Shown here in pieces: positions 10,792-20,969 of a stretch of 64,000 nucleotides of DNA. Position numbers and translations under genes: made by a program. The stretch lies in sequence record LR756502.1. One strand, written 5' to 3'. The notes under the pieces were generated by a model. It did not search any database. It had not been told where the DNA came from and saw only the letters and a list, made by a program, of their open reading frames with translations. Position 1 is the first letter of the stretch, and every line of letters starts with the position of its first letter.

Positions 10792-13181
10792 TTCTTTGGT
10801 TCATTTAACTTTGTCTTATATGCATCTTTATTCTTATTAAATAAAGCTTTAAGATCATCTGGTAGGACAAATAGTTTATCCTCTTTATTCACAACCGCAT
10901 ACACCTTAGATATCCTTGTGAATTTTACAGCCTCTGGTTTTGAGTTAGCCTTGTCATTTTTATATTCCTCTAAGTTTAGAGATTTTATTTCCATCTCAGT
11001 TCCCTGTTTTATTGGAAATTTCCTATTAGGAATTCTAGCATAGTTTAATGGGTAGATAACATCATCTTTGTCTCTATCTAACTCAATAAAGTTTGGCAAT
11101 GTTCCCTTTTCCACCTTTATCACATTCTTTGATATGTTCTTGAATGGTAAAAATGTTTCTGAGTATTTAACATATACGTAATCAGCATCAGAATCTATTA
11201 CTGATAGATAGTATTGCTTATCCTCTGTTTTTATTGAGTAAATAGCTCCTATGATTTTAGGATCAATTTCTCTTGTATCCTTAAAAGAGTATTTCTTAAC
11301 CTCTTTAGTTTTTGCTGCAACTTTCCCATTAACCGTAGTATCATTCCCACCCTTTCCAGTATATCCTAGCTTATCTGATTGGACATCCACATCAAAGTAT
11401 TCTTGTATAAATTTAGATTGTGCTCCATTTTTATAAAGTTTACTACCATCCAACATAGAGTTTATAAATGTTAATAGGGCTTTTCCTCCACCTTGTTTCT
11501 TATTTTCTCCAGATACGTTAGCTCTTGTATCGGCCTTTCCAACTTTAACAACTGTATCTTGATTAAATAAAACCTGATATTTAGAATCCTTTACTATATC
11601 AAGAACTGCATTTTCCCACCTGTTGAATAGTGCCTTATTTCTCCATGCCCCACCTGTATTCTCAGTTGGTGCTTGACCTTCTCCTACCCAATCATACTCA
11701 CCTCTTGTTCTATTTGAAATTTTACCACCACTTCTACCAGAAGGTATTATCTCTGATGTGTGTAGTTTATATGCTCTATTGAATATTTTAACTATTTCTA
11801 CTATAGGATCAATTCCATCAATTACTATTCTAGTACTATCTTTTGTTAGCTTATTAATTTCCTCATCCAGTGATTTTTTCTCAACGTCTGTTATTATCCA
11901 TCTCTTCATGAAATCTGGTTGGAATATTTTCATCCAATTGGTTTTAAGATCCGATCCCATGTCTGTTTTTTTAGACTTTGGATCCTCTGTATCCTCTGTA
12001 TTAGAAACTTCCGGATCTACAACTTCTGTATCCGCTTCATTTATTGAAATAAATTTAGCATAATTGTATAATTCAGCAAATTTTTCATTTTTAGTCTCCT
12101 CCTTTGAAATTATTGCCTTCATACTTGTGTTGAATTTAGCAATTTCTGACTTCATACTATCATCTACTCCAGTAAAGTCACCAGCCTCTTTTGTCTTGGT
12201 TATATTATATAGCCCGATCAACTTAGCACCGATGTTTTCAGGCTTGGTTAGTAATTCAACTAAACTCTCATTAACAGACTTTCTTTTGATATAATCATAT
12301 ATCTTTAATATTGGTGATTTATTTTGCTCATTACCAATTAGATTATAAAATTCTTCCTTTCTTCTATTCTCATCCTCTGTGAAAGTAAGGTATTGTTTCA
12401 TATAGTCATATAACGGCTTGATTGCCTTAAGTAGATTTGGGTCAATCGCTGATAATTGTTCATTAATAGATTGACTAAATTCATTTGAATAAGACTCAAG
12501 ATTGCTTACTGGTAGAGTTTTCTTACCTTGAATAGGTTCCTTTACCTGTACTTCTTTAGCCACAACTGCTTTAGCTGGCACTTCTTTAGCTACTGGTGCA
12601 GAGCTCTTTTTTATTTTATCATACCCATATAATATATTATATGATGATGTAAAATTCTCTATCATTTTTGGTAGAAGAGATGATGAATCTGATATAGGCT
12701 GAGTAGTGACATCTCCTATTGATTCTAAAAACTCATTTAACTTAGCTAATAGTTCTTTTTTATCCTCCTCGCTCTCTGGTTGTACTTTTAGAATACTAAT
12801 TTCCTCTATTGTATTTTTGGCTACCTTTATAACTTCACTTTTTTCATCTCCTTTATCAACTGAATCCTTTAGTTTTCCTAATAAAGCTGATATTTTAATC
12901 ATATCAATCTTTTTTAGTACATCTTTACTTAATTCAGCTCCTTTTATTTTAGCGTCTGCTACCAAAGAGTCAAAAGACTCCTTCAATTTATCAATAACCG
13001 AGTCCATTTTGAATAGATTTACCCCTATCCCAGCCTTTCTTATGACAGAGTTTATAAGCCTTCCTAGCAAGGAATCTCCCCAGTTTATATCATTGGCCAT
13101 TGGGCCACTATCGGCCTCTTCTTTTATCAATGAATACTTGTTGTTTCTGATGAATTCTTCCCTTTGTTTTAGATATCTCAT
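10788..13181 (-). CDS. Putative internal head/ejected protein
   Basis: Begins MRYLKQREEF; internal SINE, SVNE, SINE sites resemble prohead-protease sites; late promoter upstream. Confidence 0.55.
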   Translation of the reverse strand: MRYLKQREEFIRNNKYSLIKEEADSGPMANDINWGDSLLGRLINSVIRKAGIGVNLFKMDSVIDKLKESFDSLVADAKIKGAELSKDVLKKIDMIKISALLGKLKDSVDKGDEKSEVIKVAKNTIEEISILKVQPESEEDKKELLAKLNEFLESIGDVTTQPISDSSSLLPKMIENFTSSYNILYGYDKIKKSSAPVAKEVPAKAVVAKEVQVKEPIQGKKTLPVSNLESYSNEFSQSINEQLSAIDPNLLKAIKPLYDYMKQYLTFTEDENRRKEEFYNLIGNEQNKSPILKIYDYIKRKSVNESLVELLTKPENIGAKLIGLYNITKTKEAGDFTGVDDSMKSEIAKFNTSMKAIISKEETKNEKFAELYNYAKFISINEADTEVVDPEVSNTEDTEDPKSKKTDMGSDLKTNWMKIFQPDFMKRWIITDVEKKSLDEEINKLTKDSTRIVIDGIDPIVEIVKIFNRAYKLHTSEIIPSGRSGGKISNRTRGEYDWVGEGQAPTENTGGAWRNKALFNRWENAVLDIVKDSKYQVLFNQDTVVKVGKADTRANVSGENKKQGGGKALLTFINSMLDGSKLYKNGAQSKFIQEYFDVDVQSDKLGYTGKGGNDTTVNGKVAAKTKEVKKYSFKDTREIDPKIIGAIYSIKTEDKQYYLSVIDSDADYVYVKYSETFLPFKNISKNVIKVEKGTLPNFIELDRDKDDVIYPLNYARIPNRKFPIKQGTEMEIKSLNLEEYKNDKANSKPEAVKFTRISKVYAVVNKEDKLFVLPDDLKALFNKNKDAYKTKLNEPKK

Positions 13182-13236
13182 AGAGGTATATATTTTGTTT
13201 ATTATAGACTATATATAAAAATTATATACCCAAAAA

Positions 13237-13268
13237 TTTGGTAGTATTGGTATTTTTTACTATATTTG
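13237..13268 (+). promoter_or_regulatory. Bacteroidota sigma-A-type promoter
   Basis: TTTG(13237-40)-N20-TATATTTG(13261-68). Confidence 0.75.
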
Positions 13269-13316
13269 TATAGTTGAATAAGTGATAATAATTAGAATTA
13301 AATAATTACTATATAA

Positions 13317-13348
13317 TTAGGTAATTTAAGTTATAATCCTTATATTTG
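13317..13348 (+). promoter_or_regulatory. Second tandem Bacteroidota-type promoter
   Basis: TTAG-N20-TATATTTG(13341-48). Confidence 0.6.
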
Positions 13349-13386
13349 TATTATAAGTTTAACCACATACTAAAACCACAAGGACA

Positions 13387-13770
13387 ATGAAAACATCTGT
13401 AATGTTAAAGGGAGTAGAAGTTAAGATTGGTGATGAAATTCGTTTCATTAATGATGCTGATTTATATGTTGGTGATTATGAGGGTGTTGATAATATCGTT
13501 AGACCAAAAGTTGGTAAGGTTTATACTGTAAGAGGATTCAGTGATAGTAATGGTTTCTACCTTACTGAAATTGTGAACAATACTATTCCAGTAGCTTTAT
13601 TTGGTTATATCGTTGATGTTGAACCAGGATTTGGTATCTGGCGTTTTGACCCAGCTAATCCATTGATTGCTGAAGTTAAAGAGTCTGCTAAGTCTAAGAA
13701 GAAGGTTAACATTGTAATCGCTCCTGAATTGAAAGAAACTCTTGAAGAAATTCTTGAATTTACTAACTAA
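13387..13770 (+). CDS. Hypothetical early protein (SH3-like N-terminus)
   Basis: 127-aa ORF between tandem host promoters and a terminator. Confidence 0.6.
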   Translation: MKTSVMLKGVEVKIGDEIRFINDADLYVGDYEGVDNIVRPKVGKVYTVRGFSDSNGFYLTEIVNNTIPVALFGYIVDVEPGFGIWRFDPANPLIAEVKESAKSKKKVNIVIAPELKETLEEILEFTN

Positions 13771-13793
13771 TTTTAATGTTTTTAATATATTGT

Positions 13794-13823
13794 AAAAAAC
13801 CGAGAGTGATCTCGGTTTTTTTT
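13794..13823 (+). terminator. Intrinsic terminator
   Basis: AAAAAACCGAGA-GTGA-TCTCGGTTTTTTTT. Confidence 0.85.
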
Positions 13824-13929
13824 GTTTAAATAATTTTAAATTATTATACCTCGTTTTTTTCAAAATTTCAATGGTGGTGGTTTTATCGGGGAAAAATACG
13901 AATATATACTTGAGTAAATTATAATTCAT

Positions 13930-14223
13930 ATGAAGTACTTAGAACTAATAAATGGTGATAAAAGATACACCAAAGAGTCACAGATTAACGAAATACTTTC
14001 CAAAAACAAATTTTATTGGCTAATAGACTCTGAAGTAGAGAACGCTATAATAGAGATTAAAAAAGATACTATTATTTGGCATGGTGGTGACTACTATGTT
14101 GGTAATTGGTATTATGGTATATTTAAAAGAGGTAACTTCTATGGTACATGGGAGGATGGAATATTTGAAAATGGCAATTTCGGTGGTAAATGGATAGACG
14201 GCATTAATCTTAAAAAGATATAA
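13930..14223 (+). CDS. Hypothetical protein with G-x-[WF]-x-x-G repeats
   Basis: GNWYYGIFKRGNFYGTWEDGIFENGNFGGKWIDG. Confidence 0.6.
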   Translation: MKYLELINGDKRYTKESQINEILSKNKFYWLIDSEVENAIIEIKKDTIIWHGGDYYVGNWYYGIFKRGNFYGTWEDGIFENGNFGGKWIDGINLKKI

Positions 14224-14238
14224 AAAATTATTATTACT

Positions 14239-14691
14239 ATGAGAAAGAAAAAAGTTGCTTTGAAAAGAGCACACGATGTTTATAATGATAGCATCGTTAA
14301 GATTAGTAGAGAACAAAATGAGTATTTTTTTGAAATTGGAAAAGAAATAACAACGGATGTGGGTGAAGCTGTATCTATGTTAATGAGACAAAAAGATATG
14401 TGGGATAGCTCGTTTTGGGATTTAGAAATAAAAAACATTTCTTATCATGAAATTTCACCAGAGAAAGCACTGTTTTGGTTAACAGGTGGGTATGCTGAGT
14501 GGAGAACATTAGAACACTATAACAAACCTTGGTGTGATAGTTATTTGGAATTCCAAGAAGAATTTGGAATACTTATAGTTAACATTATAAAAAGGTCTAA
14601 AAAATTAAAAGATATAAGAGACAACTTTATAAAATATTTAAGTCTTCCTGTCTTATATGATTTTGCAATCAATAAGAACTTGACTAAGTAA
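14239..14691 (+). CDS. Hypothetical protein
   Basis: 150-aa ORF in operon. Confidence 0.6.
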   Translation: MRKKKVALKRAHDVYNDSIVKISREQNEYFFEIGKEITTDVGEAVSMLMRQKDMWDSSFWDLEIKNISYHEISPEKALFWLTGGYAEWRTLEHYNKPWCDSYLEFQEEFGILIVNIIKRSKKLKDIRDNFIKYLSLPVLYDFAINKNLTK

Positions 14692-14693
14692 TT

Positions 14694-14721
14694 AAAACCC
14701 ACCTTATAAGGTGGGTTTTTT
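14694..14721 (+). terminator. Intrinsic terminator
   Basis: AAAACCCACCTT-AT-AAGGTGGGTTTTTT. Confidence 0.85.
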
Positions 14722-14738
14722 ATTTTAATATATAATGC

Positions 14739-15011
14739 ATGGAAAGAGCAGTTTGTAAAAATCCTTGGTGTAAAGCAACATTTGAATACAATGAGGAAGA
14801 TATGATAGTTGTTCCTGGTGATGTTAGAGAGTCTAAGATAGATAATATACTAGGTGAAGTTAAAAGAATACCACCACAACAGTGTAAAAAGTGTAAAAGC
14901 TTTGCTAACGATTTAAGTACTGGGGTTGAGTGGAAAGAAAAGAAGTATGAGGGTAGTAGAGATGATGGTATGCCTCACCAAATAAGATATAAAATTAATA
15001 AATTTTTCTAA
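14739..15011 (+). CDS. Zinc-ribbon protein
   Basis: CKNPWC and CKKC; internal RESKIDNIL motif. Confidence 0.6.
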   Translation: MERAVCKNPWCKATFEYNEEDMIVVPGDVRESKIDNILGEVKRIPPQQCKKCKSFANDLSTGVEWKEKKYEGSRDDGMPHQIRYKINKFF

Positions 15012-15860
15012 ATGAAGGCTCACTTTTTTGACATTGATGCACTAATGATAGTTGATAGTCAACCATGGATTGTTAGTAAAAGTAATCCAAATATTCCTAT
15101 TATGAAGATATCACAATCTGACTTTAACTTAAGTAAGAATGGTATTTACAAATCACATGGTAATAAAATAGATTTTAATGGTAAGATTTTCTGGTTATCT
15201 GATAACCTGATGCATAAACTAAAAGTTAAGTCGAAAAACCACAAGGTTGATATTTCTAATTTATCTATATCTATGCAAGAGTTTCTTAACAAAGACATCA
15301 TATCTAAAATAGACTTCAAGTTAAATATGGATGTAATTATGCCTATTAAAAATACCAATGATGATGTTTATGTAATCTGTTCTAGAAACTCTAAGAGAAA
15401 CTATGAAATTATTGTTGAGAAATTAGAGGAATCTCTTAAAGAGAATGGAATTCTAATAAAAAAATACTACTTTATATCTGATACATTCTATAACAGGAAC
15501 CATGATGAGATATCATATAAGAAGGTTAGACTACTTCTACAACATCTTATTGGATATAAAACAGATGGTAATAAATTCATAGATGAAGAACTTGATAAAT
15601 ATGATGAAATAGACTATTATGATGATGATAAACACTCTATTAATTTGGTAAAGGATTCAAATAAAATACTTCAAATATTTCTATCTAAGACTGATTCCGT
15701 TATTAAGTCAAAGATTAAAGATTCTTTAAAATCTAAAGAGAATAAGTTAGTTATAAATGAAGTTACTTCAAATGATCATAATAAGTTTATAACATCCAAG
15801 GTTAATATAGAGTATAGTAATTTGATAAAGGCTTTTGAAAGCTTTAAATTTGGAAAGTAG
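15012..15860 (+). CDS. Hypothetical protein, possible degenerate HAD fold
   Basis: N-terminal HFFDID, later YYDDD. Confidence 0.4.
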   Translation: MKAHFFDIDALMIVDSQPWIVSKSNPNIPIMKISQSDFNLSKNGIYKSHGNKIDFNGKIFWLSDNLMHKLKVKSKNHKVDISNLSISMQEFLNKDIISKIDFKLNMDVIMPIKNTNDDVYVICSRNSKRNYEIIVEKLEESLKENGILIKKYYFISDTFYNRNHDEISYKKVRLLLQHLIGYKTDGNKFIDEELDKYDEIDYYDDDKHSINLVKDSNKILQIFLSKTDSVIKSKIKDSLKSKENKLVINEVTSNDHNKFITSKVNIEYSNLIKAFESFKFGK

Positions 15861-15862
15861 AA

Positions 15863-16480
15863 TTAGTCCTTCTTCTTATTCATCGCATCTTTGATTAAAT
15901 CATTTAACTTTCTGTTATCGATTATTTCACCATCCTCTGATGAGGTTATTGCGTCTATTGACTTTTGTACATCTGGATTATCAGCAACTTCATTTAATCC
16001 TAAATCTTTTCTTAACTCTTTATAGAACTTCTCTAAATCAGTTCTTTGTGTTGATGAAAATTTTGAATTTTCTCTTATTTGTCCAATTGTTTGATTGACA
16101 ACCTCATGCATTCTAGCTGAGTTGTCTCCATTATCAACTTGTCTTAGTTGTGATAAGAAGTTTTTTCTTGTCATTTTTGATAAAAAAATAGACTCTGCGT
16201 AAACAAGAGCATCTTCTTTCATTTTATTTTTTATATAGGCATGTTGTTTTAGCTGAGGGACATCACTTAGGTATAGATCAACAAGAGATTCTAATACATT
16301 CATTGCTTGTTGTGATGATACTGTTAAATCCGCATCATAATCATATATTTCTATCTCTCCTAAATCTGGTAGATCCTCAGGTCTTGCAAGGTGTTGAGTT
16401 ATATCAAACTCTTTACCTTCGGATTGTATTTGTTCAAATTCATCCTGTATTCTATTTTTCTCATTTTCTGATTTTGACAT
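15863..16480 (-). CDS. gp16: Probable terminase small subunit, T4 gp16-like
   Basis: NSARMHEVVNQTIGQI resembles the gp16 SPR..EVF..LMGQM motif; divergent from TerL. Confidence 0.55.
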   Translation of the reverse strand: MSKSENEKNRIQDEFEQIQSEGKEFDITQHLARPEDLPDLGEIEIYDYDADLTVSSQQAMNVLESLVDLYLSDVPQLKQHAYIKNKMKEDALVYAESIFLSKMTRKNFLSQLRQVDNGDNSARMHEVVNQTIGQIRENSKFSSTQRTDLEKFYKELRKDLGLNEVADNPDVQKSIDAITSSEDGEIIDNRKLNDLIKDAMNKKKD

Positions 16481-16497
16481 AGAACCACTATTTTTTC

Positions 16498-16507
16498 AAT
16501 ATATATT
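16498..16507. promoter_or_regulatory. Palindromic bidirectional late promoter
   Basis: AATATATATT lies 17 nt from both the TerS and TerL start codons. Confidence 0.6.
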
Positions 16508-16524
16508 AAAAATTAATTACCCCG

Positions 16525-18663
16525 ATGGCGGTTAAACAAAAACAAGAAATCATCAGACAGATGGTCTTTACAACAAAATTAGTTGATGAGGCCACTGAAA
16601 AGATTAATGATGGTATTGTTGTAAAGAGATATCAGAATCCTTGGTTGAAGAGTGAAGTTGGTCTTAAAAGAGCAGGTGTTTCATTTAAAATGACAACTGA
16701 TGAGCAGCAAGAATATGTAAAATGTGCACTTGATATACACTACTTCACTGAAAAGTATTGTCAAACAAAAACAGAAGATGGTAGTGTTGATAATATACTT
16801 CTGAGAGATTATCAGAAAGAAGTTCTTGATAATTTTATCAGCAATAGATTTAATATATTGATGGCTAGTAGGCAGGTTGGTAAGACAATAATGTCCTCCG
16901 TATTTATATTACATACTATTCTATTTAGTAATGATAAGAATATAATGATAGTAGCGAATAAGGGAGATACCGCAATTGAGATTGTTGATAAGATAAAGGC
17001 CATCTACTCACTATTGCCATTTTTTCTAAAACCAGGTATAAAGTTATGGAACCAAAAATCATTAACATTTGATAATGGTTGTAGAATAAAAACATCCGCT
17101 CGTACAAAGACACCGGCTATTGGTTTTACTATTGACCTTTTATTCCTAGATGAGTTTGCTCACATACCATCTAATATTATTGAGCCATATTATACCGCTG
17201 CATTTCCGGTTACATCAGCTGTTCAGAATTCAAAGATAATTATAACATCAACACCAAATGGTATGAATCTATTTCATAGACTTTTGAGTAATGCTGAGAG
17301 ACCATCCGGTGATCCTCAAAAGAATAACTATAAGGCGATGAGAGTATATTGGTACCAAGTTCCTGGTAGATTCGTTACATATCTGAGACTAAACCCACAT
17401 AAGTTATATGACTATGGTGTTACTAAGGAGGATATCTTTACTTTAATTAATGATACTTGGGGGTCTAAGACAACAGTAGAGATGAAGTTTATATTAGATT
17501 TACAGAAAGATGTTATCTATGTTTATAATAATGAGTTTTGTTCTGATGAGGCAATTAAATCAATGACATTTACTGATAAAGATGGTAACGAGGTTCCTAT
17601 TATGGCTATTGCTGAACTAACAACATGGAAAGAAGAAGCTATAAAGGATATTGGTGGTGAAGATGCATTTAACCAAGAGTATGGACTTAGATTTATTAAC
17701 TCAAGTAAGTCACTTTTAAATGAGAACTTGATAGATGATCTACTTAAACATAAGAGAAATTATATACATGAAAATATACAAGAGTTTGATAGGAAGATAA
17801 GATTTAGTTATGAGGATCTTAAATGGATTGATGATGATGAGGTATTTATGCCTATTAATAGAAAGGAAACAAAGGTAATATTGTCTGTCGATATATCAGA
17901 AGGGCTTGGACAGGATTATTCTATAATTAATATATTTAAGATATCTCCAAAGCCAATAGATCTAATAGATGCTCAGAAGATGTCATATAAGAGCATAGTT
18001 GACTTCTTTCGACTAGAGCAAATAGGTATTTTTAGAAATAACTTTGTTTCTGTTAAGCAACTTTCTGAGTTACTATATATGATTGTCTTTGAGTATTTCT
18101 ACTACGAGAATGTTAAGGTCGTTCTCGAGTTAAATAATTATGGTAATACACTGTTAGCTGAAATGCCACACGTTTTTGATGGTAATAATAACTATGGATC
18201 TTCTATATTCTTCAGATATAAACATAGAGCCGACTCACTTGATGAAAAGGTTGGACTAAAGGTTGGTGAGAATAAGAATCTTATGGTAAAAGACTACCAG
18301 GAGTTAATGCAGAACAAAGGATTTGTTATAACAAACGAGGATAATATTAGAGAAATAACAACATTTGTTAAACACGTAACAACATCAGGTAACATTAGAT
18401 ATGCTGCTGATAATGGTCATGATGATACAGTTATGACTGTTGTTAATACCACAAGTATATTTGCTAAGAGTGATTTCAGGGAAATTGTTGAAGATTATGC
18501 TAATAAAATGGTTGATAAATCATTTATGACATATGTAAATGAATGTTTAAAAACAATGGAGTATGTTGAGGGTGTTGATTATAGTCAAGTATTGAAGATA
18601 AGGAGGCAACAGATGAACAGGTATAAAGGAAATTCTAATAATAAAAATTGGTTTGATAGATAG
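16525..18663 (+). CDS. gp17: Terminase large subunit
   Basis: LRDYQ, ASRQVGKT (Walker A), LFLDEFAH (Walker B), TSTPNG, FNQEY, VDISEG, HDDTVM. Confidence 0.95.
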   Translation: MAVKQKQEIIRQMVFTTKLVDEATEKINDGIVVKRYQNPWLKSEVGLKRAGVSFKMTTDEQQEYVKCALDIHYFTEKYCQTKTEDGSVDNILLRDYQKEVLDNFISNRFNILMASRQVGKTIMSSVFILHTILFSNDKNIMIVANKGDTAIEIVDKIKAIYSLLPFFLKPGIKLWNQKSLTFDNGCRIKTSARTKTPAIGFTIDLLFLDEFAHIPSNIIEPYYTAAFPVTSAVQNSKIIITSTPNGMNLFHRLLSNAERPSGDPQKNNYKAMRVYWYQVPGRFVTYLRLNPHKLYDYGVTKEDIFTLINDTWGSKTTVEMKFILDLQKDVIYVYNNEFCSDEAIKSMTFTDKDGNEVPIMAIAELTTWKEEAIKDIGGEDAFNQEYGLRFINSSKSLLNENLIDDLLKHKRNYIHENIQEFDRKIRFSYEDLKWIDDDEVFMPINRKETKVILSVDISEGLGQDYSIINIFKISPKPIDLIDAQKMSYKSIVDFFRLEQIGIFRNNFVSVKQLSELLYMIVFEYFYYENVKVVLELNNYGNTLLAEMPHVFDGNNNYGSSIFFRYKHRADSLDEKVGLKVGENKNLMVKDYQELMQNKGFVITNEDNIREITTFVKHVTTSGNIRYAADNGHDDTVMTVVNTTSIFAKSDFREIVEDYANKMVDKSFMTYVNECLKTMEYVEGVDYSQVLKIRRQQMNRYKGNSNNKNWFDR

Positions 18664-18689
18664 TGGTTTTTTAAAATAATATATAACTA

Positions 18690-19055
18690 ATGATAACTAA
18701 GTTCAGCTTATTCTTGGAAAGTATTGGTGATAAGACCGTTTATGATCAAGAAACACGTTCAATGACAGGTGCTTATAAGGTAATAAGTAATGATGGGGTT
18801 ACTACATCTATTGAAAACTATCAGGAGATTCCTGAGCTTAAAGGGAGTAGACCACTTATTTATATGGATGATAAATTATCTGGTATAAGAATAAAGAAAG
18901 TAGTCAATATACCATCCGACCAAATTAAAATTGGAGCAGACCTTGGTGATGGATATTTTGATATATCAATACCATATTTCATATTTAAAAAATATGACTC
19001 AGATCTAGAAATTAAAAAGCTAAGTGATCGATACCGAGTAAAGGATAAGGTTTAA
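18690..19055 (+). CDS. Hypothetical protein with capsid-targeting-like N-terminus
   Basis: MITKFSLFLE; late promoter AATATATA immediately upstream. Confidence 0.55.
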   Translation: MITKFSLFLESIGDKTVYDQETRSMTGAYKVISNDGVTTSIENYQEIPELKGSRPLIYMDDKLSGIRIKKVVNIPSDQIKIGADLGDGYFDISIPYFIFKKYDSDLEIKKLSDRYRVKDKV

Positions 19056-19333
19056 TTAATCTCCATTGTTGCTAACAATCCAGCAGAAGTTAATTTATCC
19101 TTCATATCAGATATTGTTTCCAAATCACCATATTTCACATCACATTGACCATTGAAGTGAATGATATGAGCACATTGTGATGCTTGTTCCTGTTCGTGAT
19201 TACATATCTTCATAAGACAACTGATTACATGGTCGAAACTATTGTAGTCATCGTTGTGAAGCATTAGTTTGTACGGATTTGATAAAATCTCTTCCACTTG
19301 TGAATCAGTTTTTGTTTTTGTAATAGTTGCCAT
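19052..19333 (-). CDS. clpS: ClpS N-degron adaptor (Bacteroidota-like)
   Basis: LMLHNDDYNSFDHVI...QASQCAHIIHFNGQCDVKYG...GLLA. Confidence 0.9.
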   Translation of the reverse strand: MATITKTKTDSQVEEILSNPYKLMLHNDDYNSFDHVISCLMKICNHEQEQASQCAHIIHFNGQCDVKYGDLETISDMKDKLTSAGLLATMEIN

Positions 19334-19356
19334 TCTTTATTATATATTATAATTAA

Positions 19357-19881
19357 TTATTTGTTTTCAATTCTAGTTACTTTCTTGTTTATCACATCAA
19401 TAATATTAATGTCTGATCTTTGACCAACCGCCCATCTTTTGAATTCAACAAGGTGTTCATGTCTATCATCATACATTGTAAACTCTTTAACTTTAAGCTT
19501 TGCCATAGTTTCTTCAAACAATTTGGTCTTGAACTTGAATGTATCTCCTCCCCAATTTAAGTGTACTTCATCAAAGACTATGTTATTTTGCTCGAGGATC
19601 TTCTCTATATTTTTCCTCATATTTGGTACCTTTTGTAGACGTCCAGTTGCTAGTATTACGTATGCCTTTGGATCTGCTACAGCTTCCTTATATCTAGAAA
19701 GTACCCACTCATTAACTGGTATATAGAATACCTCTGTGCTTAGTGTCTCTGCTTTGCCCCACCAACCTGTGTGTGGAAATTCAAATCCAGTTTGTTCTCG
19801 CCATATTCTTCTACCCTCATGTGGTTCAGGTGAATGAAATAGTGTTCCATCAAAATCAAAGCAGTATAGTTTGTCGTACAT
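19357..19881 (-). CDS. HAD-superfamily phosphatase, Swiss-Army-Knife RNA-repair-like
   Basis: FDFDGTLFHSP...WW, LATGR, MYDDRHEH. Confidence 0.75.
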   Translation of the reverse strand: MYDKLYCFDFDGTLFHSPEPHEGRRIWREQTGFEFPHTGWWGKAETLSTEVFYIPVNEWVLSRYKEAVADPKAYVILATGRLQKVPNMRKNIEKILEQNNIVFDEVHLNWGGDTFKFKTKLFEETMAKLKVKEFTMYDDRHEHLVEFKRWAVGQRSDINIIDVINKKVTRIENK

Positions 19882-19906
19882 AGTTTATTTATTTTATATA
19901 GAGATA

Positions 19907-19937
19907 CAAATATAGTTAAAATATTGAAATTATCAAA
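19907..19937 (-). promoter_or_regulatory. Bacteroidota sigma-A-type promoter
   Basis: TTTG-N19-TATATTTG on minus strand. Confidence 0.75.
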
Positions 19938-19990
19938 ATTTACGAGGAAAAGTATCATATTTGATATATAACAATAAATAAAAAGTTTTT

Positions 19991-20407
19991 ATGAATTTTA
20001 AATTGGACATAAAATCAATAGCAATTCTTGTATTACTTGGGGCTTGTATAATATTCTTTGGTATGTGGTTTTTCAAAGGTGATGATACTAAGGATCGAGT
20101 TAAGCAATTAGAAAAAGATGTTAAGAAAATAGAGGTTGTTAGAGACTCGTTGAAAGCATATAATGTTAAGCTAAAGGGTGACTATGATAGTAGGGAAAAA
20201 GATATAACAGATAGGGATAACCAAATAAAGATAATTGAATCCCAGTTATCAATAGCTAAAGGTGATCTTAGAGTTGCTAATGGTAAAGTTGCTCAGAATG
20301 CAAAGGATCTAGCTGATACTAGAAAAAAAATAGAGGAATTGAAAAAGAATCCTGTTAATAGAACGGATGATGCTTTAATAAACTCTCTTAAAGAAAAACT
20401 AAAATAA
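19991..20407 (+). CDS. Membrane-anchored coiled-coil protein (i-spanin-like)
   Basis: N-terminal TM helix followed by a long coiled coil. Confidence 0.45.
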   Translation: MNFKLDIKSIAILVLLGACIIFFGMWFFKGDDTKDRVKQLEKDVKKIEVVRDSLKAYNVKLKGDYDSREKDITDRDNQIKIIESQLSIAKGDLRVANGKVAQNAKDLADTRKKIEELKKNPVNRTDDALINSLKEKLK

Positions 20408-20411
20408 GACT

Positions 20412-20969
20412 ATGAAGAAACTATTATTTGTATTTATGTTGTTATCATCAACAATGTTTTCTCAGGGCAAGACCTTCGGTGATTACCTACACCCATCCAC
20501 TAAGGCTAGGGAAGTTAATCAACTTAAATCAGATTACCCAAAGATTGAGACTGACTCAATGGGTATTAAAGTTGTTATTATGACGATTGAGCAAGCCCAA
20601 AAAATAGATAATAACTTGGATGTGCTTACTTTGTTAGAGAAAGCGGGTGTTCAATGTGATAGCCTTAACAAAGCATATCTAAAAGTTATTGATAACTTAG
20701 GTAAGCAAGTAAGTATATTGGAGTTAGATGTTAAAAAGTTAAAGGATCAGATAAAGGATAAAGATTTGCAAATATCAAACCTGCAAGATCGCCTAAATAA
20801 TGAGTCAATAAGTAATGGATTGTGTGAAGAACAGAAGAATAAAAAGGATGAGGAGATTAAATTACTAAAGAAGGAAGTTAGAAAGCAAAAAAGACAAAAG
20901 GTTGTTGGATTTATTGTTGGTGGCCTTGCCGCTGCTGGTGGTGTTTTTTTACTGATAGCTGGTATTTAA
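20412..20969 (+). CDS. Exported coiled-coil protein with C-terminal TM (spanin-like?)
   Basis: Signal peptide MKKLLFVFMLLSSTMFSQ, coiled coil, basic patch, then hydrophobic C-terminus. Confidence 0.4.
   Translation: MKKLLFVFMLLSSTMFSQGKTFGDYLHPSTKAREVNQLKSDYPKIETDSMGIKVVIMTIEQAQKIDNNLDVLTLLEKAGVQCDSLNKAYLKVIDNLGKQVSILELDVKKLKDQIKDKDLQISNLQDRLNNESISNGLCEEQKNKKDEEIKLLKKEVRKQKRQKVVGFIVGGLAAAGGVFLLIAGI

Noticed and set aside
17360-17630. Intein or intron in terminase
   Set aside because: No Cys/Ser start or His-Asn end, no stops, too short
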